Shown here: in pieces, positions 11,897 to 24,942 of the stretch
How positions within the stretch are numbered: the first letter of the stretch is position 1
Layout: the number at the start of each line of letters is the position of its first letter
Assembly: GCF_035594765.1 (NCBI RefSeq)
Contig: NW_026943819.1
Coordinates: 16,976,703 to 17,040,702, forward strand
DNA: 64,000 bases
DNA from: Anolis carolinensis
Lineage: Eukaryota
Reading direction: 5' to 3'
Program-made: the position numbers and the translations under genes
The notes under the pieces: generated by a model
The model's database searches: none
What the model saw: only the letters and a program-made list of their open reading frames with translations
What the model was told of the DNA's origin: nothing

Positions 11897-12311
11897 CTAA
11901 AAAAAGAAAGATTTAACAATTTCAAATTCCAGAGCTATAGTCAAACAAAGACTTTGAAACAAGCAAGAACAATGCAATCTGGACAAAAGTGAAATCCCAT
12001 TTTTAATTAGTTTCATTGTATTCTGAGCACCCATACAACTGTAGCCTTTGATTCACAAGTTATTAAGAATGCTGATCTCCTGAAACCCTAGTAAGAACAC
12101 TTAAACCACTGGGCCAAACTGGGTTAATGTTTAACTGAATGGTACCATGCAATGCACCTCATTTCATGCAAATCCTTTGTGTTGCAAGTGAGCAAAGTGT
12201 GATCTACAAGCCTTAAACTGTATTTGCTCTTCCATCTTCTCCACTTCTTTCAAAACAGTGGCACCAAACACTTTAATGCATTAAAACAAACAAAAAATGC
12301 TTGTCTTAGGA

Positions 12312-12441
12312 CAGGGGTCCCCAAACTAAGGCCCGGGGGCCGGATGCGGCCCATCAAAGCCATTTATCCGGCCCCCACGGCACAAGGGCAGAAGGGGGTT
12401 GGGCTAAATGGCTCAAGGGGTCTCTTCTTCTCTTACAACCC

Positions 12442-12482
<41 letters not shown>

Positions 12483-13079
12483 ATTGAGGCTGGGTGGCCA
12501 TCTGTCAGGGATGCTTTGCTTATACTTTTGGTGCACAAAGGCAGAAGAAATTGGACTCAATGGCCCAAGGGGTCTCTTCCAACCCTCATCATTATTATTA
12601 TTATTATTAAAATTGAGGTTGGGTGGCCATCTGTCAGGGGTGCTTTGCTTGTGCTTTTGGTGCACAAAGGCAGAAGGGGGTTGGATTCAATGGCCAAAGG
12701 GTCTCTTTCAACCCTTCTTCTTCTTCTTCTTCTTCTTATTATTATTATTATTATTATTAACATTGAGTCTGGGTGGCCATTTGTCAGGGGTGCTTTGTTT
12801 GTGCTTTGGGTGCACAAAGGCAGAATGGGGCTGGACTCAGTAGCCCAAGGGCTCTCTTCCAACCCTCTTTATTGTTGTTATTATTGTTGTTGGTGTTGTT
12901 ATTAACATCAAGGCTGTATTTATTCCGGTTTTGTTTTTGTTTTTACTTCAAAATGAGGCATGTGCAGAGTGCATAGGAATTTGTCTATAGTTTTTTTTTT
13001 AAAAAAACTCTAGTCAAGCCCTCCAACACTCTGAGGGACCGTGAATTGGCCCCCTGTTTAAAAAGTTTGGGGACCCCTG
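12312..13079. mobile_element. Non-autonomous hAT element with internal tandem CR1-tail/microsatellite units
   Basis: 16-bp TIR CAGGGGTCCCCAAACT; perfect 8-bp TSD TCTTAGGA at 12304-12311 and 13080-13087. Confidence 0.92.
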
Positions 13080-13585
13080 TCTTAGGAGGTGAGGTTTTAG
13101 GTGTGTATGTGGTTTCTCAGTACTATTCGTCAGCAAACAGAAGTCAATTCAAACAAACACTTTCTATTTGCTTTAGTGGCTTTTTCTGATCTGCCAACAA
13201 GTTTTGATCAAACAGTGACAGGTTATGTAGCAAAAGGTTTCATTTTTTTTTACCAGTCACTCAGGGGTGCACTCACATTGTGCCAGCGAACAATACACAG
13301 AAAAATAAACAAGCAGGATGTGAAATAGAAAGCTTACTGTATGCAACACAAAGAACACCCTGTTTACAATATCATTTGGCCACTTGAACGAAGTACTTCA
13401 AAAGTTTTCATACACAGACTAGTGGCTGAAAGACTTATGCAGCTTTTTGTTGTCCGCAAAGCAGAAGAGAAAACAGTACAAACATGAATTCCAACATGAA
13501 ATGAAAGTGGAATTCGTGCTTTCATAGTAGACATGCCATTCCTATGAATTATTCTTTGAAAAAATGAAAAGAAACTTATACTTAC

Positions 13586-13767
13586 GGTCCACTTCAGCAT
13601 AATCTGAGTGTCACTGACTGCCTCAGTATAAGCAATATGAGGCCCTGTGATGGGACGGTTAGAAAATCGGTTGGTGAAGCCAGCTACCTGATAAGGCCGA
13701 GATGCAGCACTTCGTGGACTCTCCCCATAATTATTAATAGCAATCACACGAAACTTATATAGGGCTC
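13586..13767 (-). CDS. CDON: CDON exon, FnIII-2 end and FnIII-3 start
   Basis: [31 protein letters not shown]...[10 protein letters not shown]; 182 nt; AAG acceptor. Confidence 0.92.
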
Positions 13768-13965
13768 CTTTTTACAAATGGAGAAAGAAAAGAAAAAAGT
13801 GGGCATATTAGAAGCATGCAATAGAGGAATATAATTCTGGTCCAGATTCTATGCCTCTACAGAGTTTCAAGGTACATTTCCTTTGAGGAACCTCAGCAAC
13901 AAAACAAAACAAAAACAAAACTGCCTGATATATTTTAGAAAAATACATTTCTCAAGCTTGTAATA

Positions 13966-14273
13966 CAGTAGAGTCTCACTTATCCAAGTTTCTGGATTAT
14001 CCAAGCCATTTTTGTAGTCAATGTTTTCAATATATCATGATATTTTGGTGCTAAATTCGTAAATACAGTAATTACAACATAACATTACTGCGTATTGAAC
14101 TACTTTTTCTGTCAAATTTGTTGTATAACATGATGTTTTGGTGCTTAATTTGTAAAATCATAAACTAATTTGATGTTTAATAGGATTTTCCTTAATCCCT
14201 CCTTATTATCCAAGATATTCGCTTATCCAAGCTTCTGCCGGCCCGTTTAGCTTGGATAAGTGAGAATCTACTG
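13966..14273. mobile_element. Tc1/mariner-pogo type MITE (CAGTAGAGTCTCACTTATCCAA family)
   Basis: TIRs and TA TSD; other copies at 41011-43453 (split), 48457-48778 and 50797-51119. Confidence 0.88.
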
Positions 14274-14656
14274 TATTTCTGTCTCCCTTGGCTATGAATA
14301 CATAACATCTACTCTTGTAAAATACTAGATTAGATATTATTTTCTGTCAACAATGATGATGATGATTATTTTTATGTTTATTTATATCCTGCTTTTCTCT
14401 CCACAAAGAAGACTCAAAGCAGCTGTGGAAGGCATGCTATCAACCACAGAATTGACAGATTCAGTCTCCACACTGAATTAGGGTATTAGTCAGGGAAGTA
14501 CCTTAAGCCTAAACGAAAATGCTTGTTAGCCAAACGTATTAGATTGTTAGCCAAACAAAACATTGTGACATTAGGCACAATGGGTGATCATTTTCTGTAT
14601 TTTATTTTGTTGTTGTGGAATGCTCACGGTTCAATAGGATGACCTGGACAACATTA

Positions 14657-15052
14657 CAGGCAGTCCCTGCGTTACAAATAACCGACTTACAAACGACTCA
14701 AAGTTAAGAACAGAGCTGAGACAACAGGAGTGAGAGAAATCTTCCCCTGAGAAGGGAAATTCACCTCTGAAAGAGTTATTATCATGGGGGAAAGGTGCCT
14801 CTACTGAAGCTTTATCTACAGTCCTTGCTTCTACAACAAGCCAAATTTTTCAAAATTCAATTATCTTAGGGACAGAAAGTGTAGGGAAATCTTCTGAACA
14901 GAGGCACAGACAGCAAAAGAAATACCACAGGACTGTTAACCCTTCCCTATGCTATCCAAAGCTACATAGATATAAAAATGTACCTTACATACAGATTCAA
15001 CTTAAGAACAAACCTACAAAACCTATCTTGTTCATAAGTTGGGGACTGTCTG
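14657..15052. mobile_element. Tigger/pogo-like MITE
   Basis: TA|CAGGCAGTCCC...GGGACTGTCTG|TA. Confidence 0.75.
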
Positions 15053-15125
15053 TACAACTATATAAATATAACACTAACATTGATTATGACCTCTGTTTGT
15101 TAGGATAATGTATGCATATTAATAC

Positions 15126-15332
15126 CTGGATCCAAATTGCGAACCTCCACTGAAAGGTTGGAAGGAGAGAAGTTATCAGCTGCAATTAACCACTCATTGT
15201 TTCTGTTCATACGTTTATATTCTACTTTAAAGGCAGTGATGGGTGATCCACCATTTGCACGTGGGATCCAAGTGACGTAAACAGAAGTCTCTGAGGCTGT
15301 GGAGATGGTAGGACGATCTGGTGCTTCAGGTA
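15126..15332 (-). CDS. CDON: CDON exon, FnIII-2 (absent from the ORF track)
   Basis: Hand translation [42 protein letters not shown]...[10 protein letters not shown]; 207 nt. Confidence 0.95.
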
Positions 15333-16672
15333 CTAAAAAAAGAAAAGTTAAGGAAGCTTCATATAGGATTTACAATTGATTTCTGTGCTTCTGTTTTATT
15401 TATTCATGGTTCAGTCAGGTTGAAAGAAGTGAATATGGTATATAATTCTAGGAAATCTTTCCTTGAGTGCAAAGACCTGTAGTTAAAGACAGAATTAAAA
15501 CTTCTTGCTAAAAACTTCTTCTATCTAGGCCAGCTTTAGTGTATTGACTAGGCTATGAAGGAACCCTACTATTATGTCTGCATCTGTCTGCACACATCAG
15601 AAACAGAGAACGATGGTTAATTCATGACCATTGAAACAGGTGCACAATCTGCTCATTGTTACATACATGAGCTCATCTTATTCCACAGTAACCAAACCAT
15701 TTGCAGAACAGAAGGCCTTGAACTGAAAATTCCTGGACTAATGAAAGCTTTAATTCTATAGTTACTAAGTATTAAAATGTTTTAAAGCCCTCACTTAAAG
15801 TAAAGTAGCTAGCAATCAAAACCATGCAATCATATTTATACTTACTGAACTCACTTGAAGTTAGACAGCAATGGGAACAGAGAGAATGGAGAGAAGTGGT
15901 ATTAGGCAGATTGTAAGAATTTTGGCAGACATAACCCTTCAGTCTTTCCCAAACAGGTTCACATATTGTTATGAGCTATGTTTGATCGTTATTGCTTGCA
16001 AAAAAGGTTTTAGGCAAAAAAGATGCCTCCTACATAATCTGAACAACAAGAGGCTGGGGTAGGGAGTGATTTCCTGGATCCCTGGCCATCTCAGAAGCCA
16101 AGCCTCATTTTAAAAAGACACACTGGAATTTTCCTTCAAAACTCCCTCCCTCTTGCTGACAAGGAAATTGTCTCACTGCTGCATTCCAGAGAGCAATCAG
16201 CACTTAACTGTCTTGTTTACATGTTATGAATGAGAAATGTTATCAAACTGGTTCTGAATGGTACACCTTATACTTGGCTGGCTTTTTCTCATGTGGTAAC
16301 TCCATTGCTTTCATCAGAGGATCATCAAAAATAATTAGAAGACATTATCAGAGGCTAACAATCAGAGGTCATGTTCATATCTGCCCTTTGCACAGATCCC
16401 TTTTCCCCTGCACTCATCGTTTTAAGCACATGGAACCTTTTTTTGAACTTCTCATAGAATAACATTAAAGCCTTGTTTTGCGCCACACAGAGGTGTTTCC
16501 TTCATTTGGCCAGTGCTTTAAAAAAAGGTTTGCTGGACTTTCAATTCAATTAGTAGAGCCACAAAAGAAATACTGATACTGATGCATAAGTGAGTTGAAA
16601 GCATAGGACAGCAGTAAGGTGAGGTTCAGACAAAGTCCTAATTTCAAAATTGCCTTTCATGTTGGCACATAC

Positions 16673-16807
16673 CTCCGCTATGCCGAGAAGAATCTGGGAG
16701 TATCACACCAAAGTTGTTGACTGCACTTTCTTGAATAATTGGGTGCTTAGGAACGCCAAAAGGTTGAAAGGGAGCTTGTGTGGTTTTCTTTGAGGACGAT
16801 GATCTTT
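16673..16807 (-). CDS. CDON: CDON exon, FnIII linker
   Basis: ERSSSSKKTTQAP...NNFGVILPDSSRHSG; 135 nt. Confidence 0.92.
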
Positions 16808-17422
16808 CTAACAGAGAGAATATTTGCTTAGTAAATTGCTGAGAAATACCCATTCCCAAGCACACATCCTTATAATTTCAGAATAATCTTTTGTCCTATG
16901 AAAAAAGAAAGCAATGATAACAAAACTATGCAAAATTTGCATAAAATTAATGTGTTGTCTATGATTTAGATAAAACAACAGCAAAGGAAGGTGCAATCAA
17001 TTGACATAATCACATTGCCTACCTATTAGAAGGTCTCCTATTTGTGAATGGAATCAATCCAGTTTCAATAGCTATATGCATATTTCTAATTCAGAGCAAG
17101 TGTTGAATATGGAAATCCAACAAGACTATAATCTCTTTCTGAGAGGAGTACTAAAATAACAAAACCAACATATATTGGTTTGAAAGTCTGATGCTGAAGA
17201 ACAGGGCTCAAATCCCTGAAACCCAATGGGTTACTTTGAACAAATCACAATCTCTCACTCTCAGAGGACAGCCCTCCGAACAAATCTTGTCAAGAAAACG
17301 CTTTGACATTTTATGTCAGAAACTCCTTGAAGACACATATGTTTGCAGCTTTAGAAAATGGAACACATGAACTGAAACACATTCCAGAACACAAAATATA
17401 GCATCATCAAATGCTTCCTTAC

Positions 17423-17594
17423 CTTTGCTAGTGCGAAAAGTAAGCATGGAAGGTTGGCCTTCCCCAGCTACATTTCTGGCTACCATCAAGACTTCATAGA
17501 GACTAGAAGGTTCCAGTTCTGAGAGACAAAGTTCATTTTCACTTCCAGGGACACGAACTGTATACCAGTTAGTAATATTGTTATTATCATCCAA
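17423..17594 (-). CDS. CDON: CDON exon, FnIII-1 end
   Basis: [45 protein letters not shown]; 172 nt. Confidence 0.95.
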
Positions 17595-17977
17595 CTGCAA
17601 AAGAAGAATCAGAAGAGGCTAAGTGCAGGGGAAAATGTCTCTACATCTGTTGTGATAAAATAAAGAAAAGGACCAAATCTAATGCATGACTTCTAGGTTT
17701 TGTATTATATGACTCTATATATTATTTTATAAATACAGATTATCTTTTCTTAATGACTTCTTTAAAAAAGGTTTAGGAGCCAGCTTTAAGAGTTGGAAAA
17801 ACAGAGACCTTAACCTGAGATTTGTGATGTCCTTCATTATCTTTTGGCATATTTATACCACACTTTGCAAATAAAGTTGCTCATATTTATTCTGATTATG
17901 TAGCATGACTATAAAAACATTTCAAGTATTTCAGTAAAGCTTTACGAACGATCAGCCACAACCACCACTCATAAAGA

Positions 17978-19085
17978 ATATATGATGATGACCTTGGCCT
18001 TACAACACAAGCGAAAGATTTTGAAACAGTTGAAAACCACTCACTAATGCCTTGAAAGATCTCTCCAGCTACTACAAAGAGAACCACTTGAAGCCTAACC
18101 CTGCCAAGACACAAGTGTGTGCTTTCCACCTATGTAACCGTGAAGCCAACAGGAAACTGAAAGTTACTTGGGAAGGCCAAGAGCTCGAACGCTGTTTCCA
18201 TCCTAAATACCTTGGTGTCACCTTGGATCGAACACTAACATATAGGAAACACTGCATGAACACCAAGCACAAAGTAGCTGAACGCAACAACATCCTGCGG
18301 AAACTGACTGGCAGTGCATGGGGTGTAGACCCACAAGTAATAAGAACATCAACCCGGGCGTTGTCTTACTCAACTGCTGAGTACGCCTGTCCTGTCTGGC
18401 AAAAGTCTGCCCATGCGAAGCAGGTGTACATAGCACTAAACGAAACATGCAGAATAATCACAGGATGCCTTAAACCTACACCTGTTAGGAGTAGGGCAAT
18501 GCCAGCTCTACAAGTTAGCTGGCATTGCCCCTCCTGACGTGCGATGGGAAGTTGCTGCTAACTGCGAGAGAAATAAGGTCGAACATTGTGAAAGCCATCC
18601 ACTGCATGACTATCAGCCTCCTCCCAGTAGACTCAAATCAAGGAAGGGCTTCATGAGAACCACCACTCCTCTTGATGTTCCTCCAGCAACAGCAAGGGTG
18701 TCCCTCTGAGCATCTAAACCTGGCAATTCTAACTGGATGGCCCCCCATGAGAGTCTTCCTCCAGGGGCAAACCAAGAATGGGCAACTTGGAATTCCCTGA
18801 ACAGACTCAGAAGTGGAGTGGGCAGATCTAAAGACAACTTGGCAAGGTGGCACTACCTGGAGGAATCCTCCACCTTGTGTGACTATGGAGCAGAACAAAC
18901 AACTCCGCATATGTATGCTTGCCCACAATGTCCTGCCTCATGTACGGAAGAGGAGTTGTTTAAAGCTACGGACAATGCGGTTGCTGTTGCCCGCTTTTAG
19001 TCTAAAACTATTTAGTTGCTTGTGATTTCCTTTTTATCACTTTAAAATGTATTTGTTATGCAATGCTTTTGACACTAAATTAAAA
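17978..19085 (+). mobile_element. 5'-truncated, disrupted Vingi/Ingi-type non-LTR retrotransposon
   Basis: YDDD (YADD-like) start; LKPNPAKT; PKYLGVTLDRTL; RNNILRKLTGSAWG; AEYACPVW; C-terminal WNSLNRLRSGVGR and degenerate CCHC; frameshifts and stops. Confidence 0.8.
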
Positions 19086-19600
19086 AAGTAAAGCTGAAAA
19101 AGTTATTGTGGTATTGCTGGTTTCAGATCAAGATGAGCTCAGGATATCCAGATATGATCAATCTCAACTCACAAGAGGTGTTTGTTTTAAAGTTTAAGCA
19201 TTCATGTTCCTAGTATGAATTTTAATGCAAAGTCACTTTTTATAGCTAGTAGCTAGGTAAACTATTTTTCCTCAAAAGTAAATACTGTACATGAAAATCA
19301 AATACTTACACAATTTCGGTTAATAACCTTCCCTATTATTAATAATGTAAATATGAATGCCAACACTACGGCCCCACAGGTTCCAAATAAACTAGACTTA
19401 TCATCTACCTTCTGTTTAACATTACTGTTAAATATCAGGGTTTCAAAGCCTTCTAGGATATTCAATTTAAAAACAACCTACATCAAGTATGATTCTTTTC
19501 CCTCTCTAATAAGATGGTAGTTCTATTCCAGATTATCCCTGACAACAACAAAAAACAAGAGATAACCTTATTTTATAGAGACAAATCAATGAAAACTTAC

Positions 19601-19893
19601 CTTGCGATATTTCACAAAATAAAAATTTATTGGTTGGCCACCATCCCTTCCAGGTCTCCACACAAGGTTGTACTGGTCTGGCTTAAGTGTTTGTGGAGGG
19701 CTAAGAATGATTGGAGCTTCTGGTGGGGAAATTCCATTGGAAGTTTTTTCTGTGGCAACTTCATCAATGAGAATTTCTGTTGTAGATGAGCTTTCAGGGT
19801 CCATTTCGAAATCACGATCACCATTTCCTTCATCACTCTGGGCAGCCTCCACAGGAACCATTTCTTCTGCTTTTGTACTAGCATCATAGGAAA
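19601..19893 (-). CDS. CDON: CDON exon, linker and FnIII-1 start
   Basis: PEAPIILSPPQTLKPDQYNLVWRPGRDGGQPINFYFVKYRK|gtaag; 293 nt. Confidence 0.93.
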
Positions 19894-20316
19894 CTACAGA
19901 AGGAGGTTGAAGGTTAGCTATACACCTGGGCTTAATGTTCTTTTCTGTGATGTACGTGGCAATTATGTATAGTGACTCACAGATTTTTAGGTTCTAGACA
20001 CAACATCCTGCTTTCCTTACACTTCCCTTTGACATCATCCTCCCAAAGGACAAGATAGACAAGATAGTATTAATCAGGGATAGAACTGCTTCAGAATGAA
20101 AACATATAAATTCTGAAGTCCCTTTCAGAATGAGAATGAGACATTTCTAGCATAAGCTTTTGTAGACCATTTCAGTCCACTTCATCAATGCTATGCTGAT
20201 GAGATTTAGATCTGAATACTCCCAACAGATAGTTTAAAAAAGCATGTCTTACACAGCACAGCTACTCGAAATATGTGCTCTCTAGTACATATCAGATCAG
20301 TTATAATTCCACTTAC

Positions 20317-20673
20317 CAACTGTAAGAAAAGTCTCTGAACGAGAAAGCCCATGTTCATTTGTTGCCTCACACGTGTATCTCCCAGTATGTTCTGATGTCA
20401 CTGGCTGGACATAGAGGGAGCTTGAACTGCCCCGGGACATGATGAAGTAGGCTCTGTCTGAAATGGAGCTGCCAGTTCTTGCTTGTGAGGAAAACTTCCT
20501 TGATTTTGAATAAAGAACCTGTGAAGGGTGACTGGTAATCAGCCCTTGGCTATTATACCAACGGATGACAGGAATAGGTAGCCCAGTGGCGTTGCAAGAC
20601 AACATGACTGTTTCACCATCTGTCGCTTTGATGCTTGCTGGCATTGTGGTTACAATAGGCTTGGAGCCCCTAT
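20317..20673 (-). CDS. CDON: CDON exon, Ig5
   Basis: DRGSKPIVTTMPASIK...LITSHPSQVL...CEATNEHG; 357 nt. Confidence 0.93.
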
Positions 20674-21096
20674 CTATTTAAAGAAAGAAATATGGAATAG
20701 AACAATATTTTATCAATCATTGTGCAGGAGATACCATTAGAACATTTATTCAATCCTTATGTGCACAGACTGCCTTGTGCCACAATCATATCAAAAACTA
20801 TCCATCGAGTTCTTGAAACAATACTAGTTCTGGTTAAGAGAATAACTAAATTGTCAATAGTGAGCATGAACAAATTTGTTTATATAGGTTTTAAAACAAA
20901 CTACTCCTAGTTTTCACCATTTAATTTTCTTAACTTTAGAAACAAATTGAAAACTTTAAAATGCACCCCATAAAGTATAGAGGGATAGACAATATCATAA
21001 TGTTGTTTGATATTCCATGCAAAAGCTTAAGTAGACTGATAGAGGTGAAGAAAAGAAGAGCTAAAAACAGAATAATGTATGATGTAGTTTTTTTAC

Positions 21097-21366
21097 CTGT
21101 TTGGAAATGAATTCTCCCAGTAGAATGCACAAATCCATAGCCATTGTTCACTAAACACTGATACATCCCTGTATCTTCGCTGGTGACACCAATAATTCGC
21201 AGCTTGTTTCCTGAAAGCAAGTGCCGTGATGAAAGATGGACAGGAGCTGCATTATGGTACCAGGTGAGATTAGGTGTTGGGGTTCCATGTATTTCACAGG
21301 AAAGATGCACATTTTTACCTAAAGATACTAATTGATCTTGCAGTCCTTTTGAAATTGAAGGAGATT
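21097..21366 (-). CDS. CDON: CDON exon, Ig4
   Basis: [17 protein letters not shown]...[19 protein letters not shown]; 270 nt. Confidence 0.95.
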
Positions 21367-21489
21367 CTAGAAATAAAAAAAGAAAAAATTTCACATATGC
21401 TGTTCTTCTGTACTAGCATCTTTCCTTGGTTACAGCTATCTTGCTTTCTTAACCTATATATAAAGTATTTTGTTACTATCATTTCTTAC

Positions 21490-21777
21490 CAAATACATTT
21501 ACGCTGTAGTTTATATGTTTTACAACTCCAAACTTGTTATCCACCACGCAGGAGTAATTTCCAGACTCTGATGCATCAATTGAGTCAATTGTAAGATGGG
21601 TGTGAAGAAGTCTCCATCTGCCTCTAGCGAGTGCATCTTTACCATCTTTATACCAATGGACAGAAGACACAGACAACCTGCTAACAACACACTCCAACAT
21701 CAGAGGGCTGTGTGCGAGTACTGTCAATGTCTGAGAACTGGTAGTGTGAATTATATCAAAATCCCTTGAAGAAGAGC
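21490..21777 (-). CDS. CDON: CDON exon, Ig3
   Basis: SQTLTVLAHSPLMLECVVS...SGNYSCVVDNKFGVVKHINYSVNVF; 288 nt. Confidence 0.93.
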
Positions 21778-22439
21778 CTGAAATTGAAGGGAAAGGAAAC
21801 AACAGATATTTTAAACTGAATAGATAAATGTCTTATGTTTTGTTTTTTTGGGGGGTGCTATTTTATTCATGCTTCCACATAGCTACCCATGGTGATTGGT
21901 TGTTCCATCACAGGAGACAAAATATTAAACTATAATTCATTCCCTTACACTTGTTAGGTTCCAAACACAGTCTGTTTCTAATACAATTACCAAGCTAGGG
22001 CCTGATATACAGAACAAAGGCAACTCTAGTAAGGGCTGATACCATCCTCCTATTACCTCCCACTGGCTTATATTTTGCCTCAACATATAGTAAGCTGCCT
22101 AGAATGATGGGCAGCAATTATCCAGGATTTCATCATGTTAAGATATCACAGATGAGATATATATGAAGTAAATGATTTGTCACTTAGCTATGGGCCTTTG
22201 CTACAGTTGCTTAATGCAGATACTTGTAACAGTGGTTAACATTAGGAAGAGTTTATAAACTCATTCCACATAGTAAGTGTAACGATTCAGACACAAAGTT
22301 TAACTGTTACAAAGAAAAATGTTAGCTATGCACTACCTGCACACAATTGAAGGAAATTGCCTCTACACAGCAGTGACAATGCTGGTAGCTTATATCCTAT
22401 GATTTCACAGAAAAGATTTAAAATATATTTAATACTTAC

Positions 22440-22583
22440 TGCTGATGATGAGCTTATGCCCAGAGGGTTCAACTTTCAGGTCATCAGTTATTGGGTTATA
22501 TGCAGCACACTTGTAGAATCCTTTGTCCTCTAAAGATACACTCAAAATTTGCAAATGTCCAGATGGGAGAATTAGGTAGTTTT
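22440..22583 (-). CDS. CDON: CDON exon, Ig2 C-half (absent from the ORF track)
   Basis: Hand translation [48 protein letters not shown]; 144 nt; AG/GT ends. Confidence 0.93.
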
Positions 22584-22798
22584 CTAGCAAAAAGAGAAAA
22601 GGATGGTGGAAGGGGGTTACCTTTAATTAGGTTACAAATGAGCATATAGTTATTTTTACTGTGCAACTTAGCCTGCATTTAGACATGTGATATGTCAAGA
22701 TAAGATAAATGTAATTAGCAAAACTCAAGTTAACTCTTGTGGCAGTTCCAATAGTATGACCATAAACAAACACATATTTTTGTTACACATAATCTCAC

Positions 22799-22945
22799 CT
22801 GTTGATTGTTCCAGCCATTTCCCTCGTGCACGGAAACGAACCTGTGCCTCTGGATCACTTTTTGGCACATTGCAATTGATTAAAGCAGTATTCCCTTCCT
22901 CTACTGTAATTGTGTTCCTCCATGAAGTCTCAAAATCATCAAGAT
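22799..22945 (-). CDS. CDON: CDON exon, Ig2 N-half
   Basis: LDDFETSWRNTITVEEG...CNVPKSDPEAQVRFRARGKWLEQST; 147 nt. Confidence 0.93.
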
Positions 22946-24253
22946 CTAGAAAAAATCCACAGGTTTTTCCTTCAAAGGTTTCCAAACAAAATCTACTCTA
23001 GTAAGGCAAAGTAAACAATTGGAAAGAGAATAAAAATACTTGTGCTTATCATGAAAAGTGGAAGGTAAATGTCTAATGTACATTTTCTTAGCAAAACAAA
23101 CAGAAGTATTCAAGGCATAGTGAACTACTTATCAAACTATGTGAAAAAAAGTGCAAATAGTACAAATGGAAGACCATTTCTTTTCCTGGATGTAGCAAGT
23201 AATTGCCATTATAGAACAGCCATTTATCATGGTGTAGAATAGAGTATTTGTAAACTTCTCAGTTCTATGATCCTAAGATTACAGAAACTTCTAGTTACGG
23301 TAATATATATATCAGTTCAACCCAAAGCATTTTTACCTGCAAGGATTACAGTATATGGGACACTTAAATACATTCAGTTTTCTACAGCTTGTACAGTTTT
23401 TCTGTGTTGACTGACCTTTATAAGCTCCACAGAGGAATCTGTTATGGACTACTGCACTATAAAAACACACAGCTTCCTCGGTTATTTGAATCTTGTCTCC
23501 TTTGGGTACTATGGGCATGGCTCATAAGCAGAGCATTTCCATAAAGGAGATTAATTAAGCCCATACTGACAAAAGCAGAATTTAAATTTTTAATTCTGAT
23601 GTCAAATGGCTAAATTATCCTCAGGTCAGATACAACTTTCAGGACAAGGTTGTCAAAAGAGAAAAACATGTAAGTGAAATGTTTCACTTGCACTGTCGAA
23701 CATTTAAATCAATATGCATATGCATATTTCAAAACCTGATGTGCTATGATCTGCCATGCAAGATAGTTTATAACACAAAGCATAGTACCTATCATAGAAT
23801 TAATGAGTTGTAAGGGAATCCATGAAATTGATGGGGTCGCCTGAGGTCAGAAGGAGACTTCGAAGTGCACATATACACAAATACACAAGAATATATTCAG
23901 ATTTCTCATTGCTCCCCTGGATTAAGCTGAAGGAATTTACTTGCTTAAAAACTGTGGAGAGGTTTAGATGAGTCTTTAAATGCATAAAAGAGGGGCCTTC
24001 AAATACATTTCTTCTGTTACCCATTTTTTCCAGATTATGTATTTTTCATAAAAAGATACATTAAATTTTTTCACTTCTCTATTAAGCTTAGTAATTCTTG
24101 AAGAGGTCATCTGATGTTTTCAGATATGAATTCTTTAAAGACCCAGAATGTTAAGTGCAGAAATAATATAAACGCAAAGGGAGACAATGGAAGACACGGA
24201 AACATCATAGAGGGTTGTATGTTAATTTTGTCATCAAGTCAATTAAAACTTAC

Positions 24254-24526
24254 ATGCTATTGACACTGTTGCAGGTCTGCTGATAATTGCACCAATGCTG
24301 TTATTTGCAATGCATTGGTAGATACCAGAATTTGATGGACTGAGAGAAAAGATTGTCAGAGATCCTGGCTGTATGTCTACTTGATCCGCATTCTTGTGAA
24401 GTTTTTCCCCATTGAAATGCCAAGACACGTGGGCTGTAGAGGGCTCAGCAGAACAGTCGAGTTTTACATTTGCACCAGGTTTTTGAATAACAGAAAGGGG
24501 CTCAGAAAGAAAGTGAGGAATCAAGT
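24254..24526 (-). CDS. CDON: CDON exon, Ig domain 1
   Basis: LIPHFLSEPLSVIQKPG...YQCIANNSIGAIISRPATVSIA; AG/GT ends; 273 nt. Confidence 0.95.
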
Positions 24527-24872
24527 CTAGAAAAAATAAGAAAAAATAATGTAAGATGACACTAATTTACACCTGATTTTTCAATGTTATAAAAATATTC
24601 TGAAGTATAATGGACATATTTTATAGGTTTATGTTCTATACGTTTATCTTCTTCTAATTGCTAAATGTGAACTCACAATAATAATTTACACCTTTTTTAA
24701 CATCCACCTTTATTGTGCTGAATTTATAATGCAGCTATACTTTTGAATAGACAAACATATCACTATTATATTCTCCTTCAGTTTAACTCTAAAAGGCAAT
24801 AAAGTCAACAGTAAAGAAAAAAATGGAAAGTAATGTTTTAAACTTGATTGACATCCAATAAAGCAAGCTTAC

Positions 24873-24942
24873 CTGAAGCTGTTGTTGAGAAGAAAACTGT
24901 AAGAAAAAGCAATTCTTGTAAAGATCCAGGATCAGAATGCAT
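24873..24942 (-). CDS. CDON: CDON first coding exon, signal peptide MHSDPGSLQELLFLTVFFSTTAS; the exon including 5' UTR starts at 25003
   Basis: ATG at 24942; acceptor ttttgtag at 25004; donor CAG|gtaagc; phase 1 joins the next exon as D-L-I-P-H-F. Confidence 0.85.

Noticed and set aside
12380-12905. Repeat-spacer arrangement superficially like a CRISPR array
   Set aside because: Eukaryotic DNA; units are CR1 tails and the spacers are microsatellites
12224-12976. ORFs with poly-I/N/Y/L/R tracts
   Set aside because: Translations of microsatellites inside the hAT element
13768-13790. Purine-rich AAG splice acceptor (tttgtaaaaag)
   Set aside because: Still a canonical AG with an upstream pyrimidine tract and correct phase; no evidence of abnormal splicing
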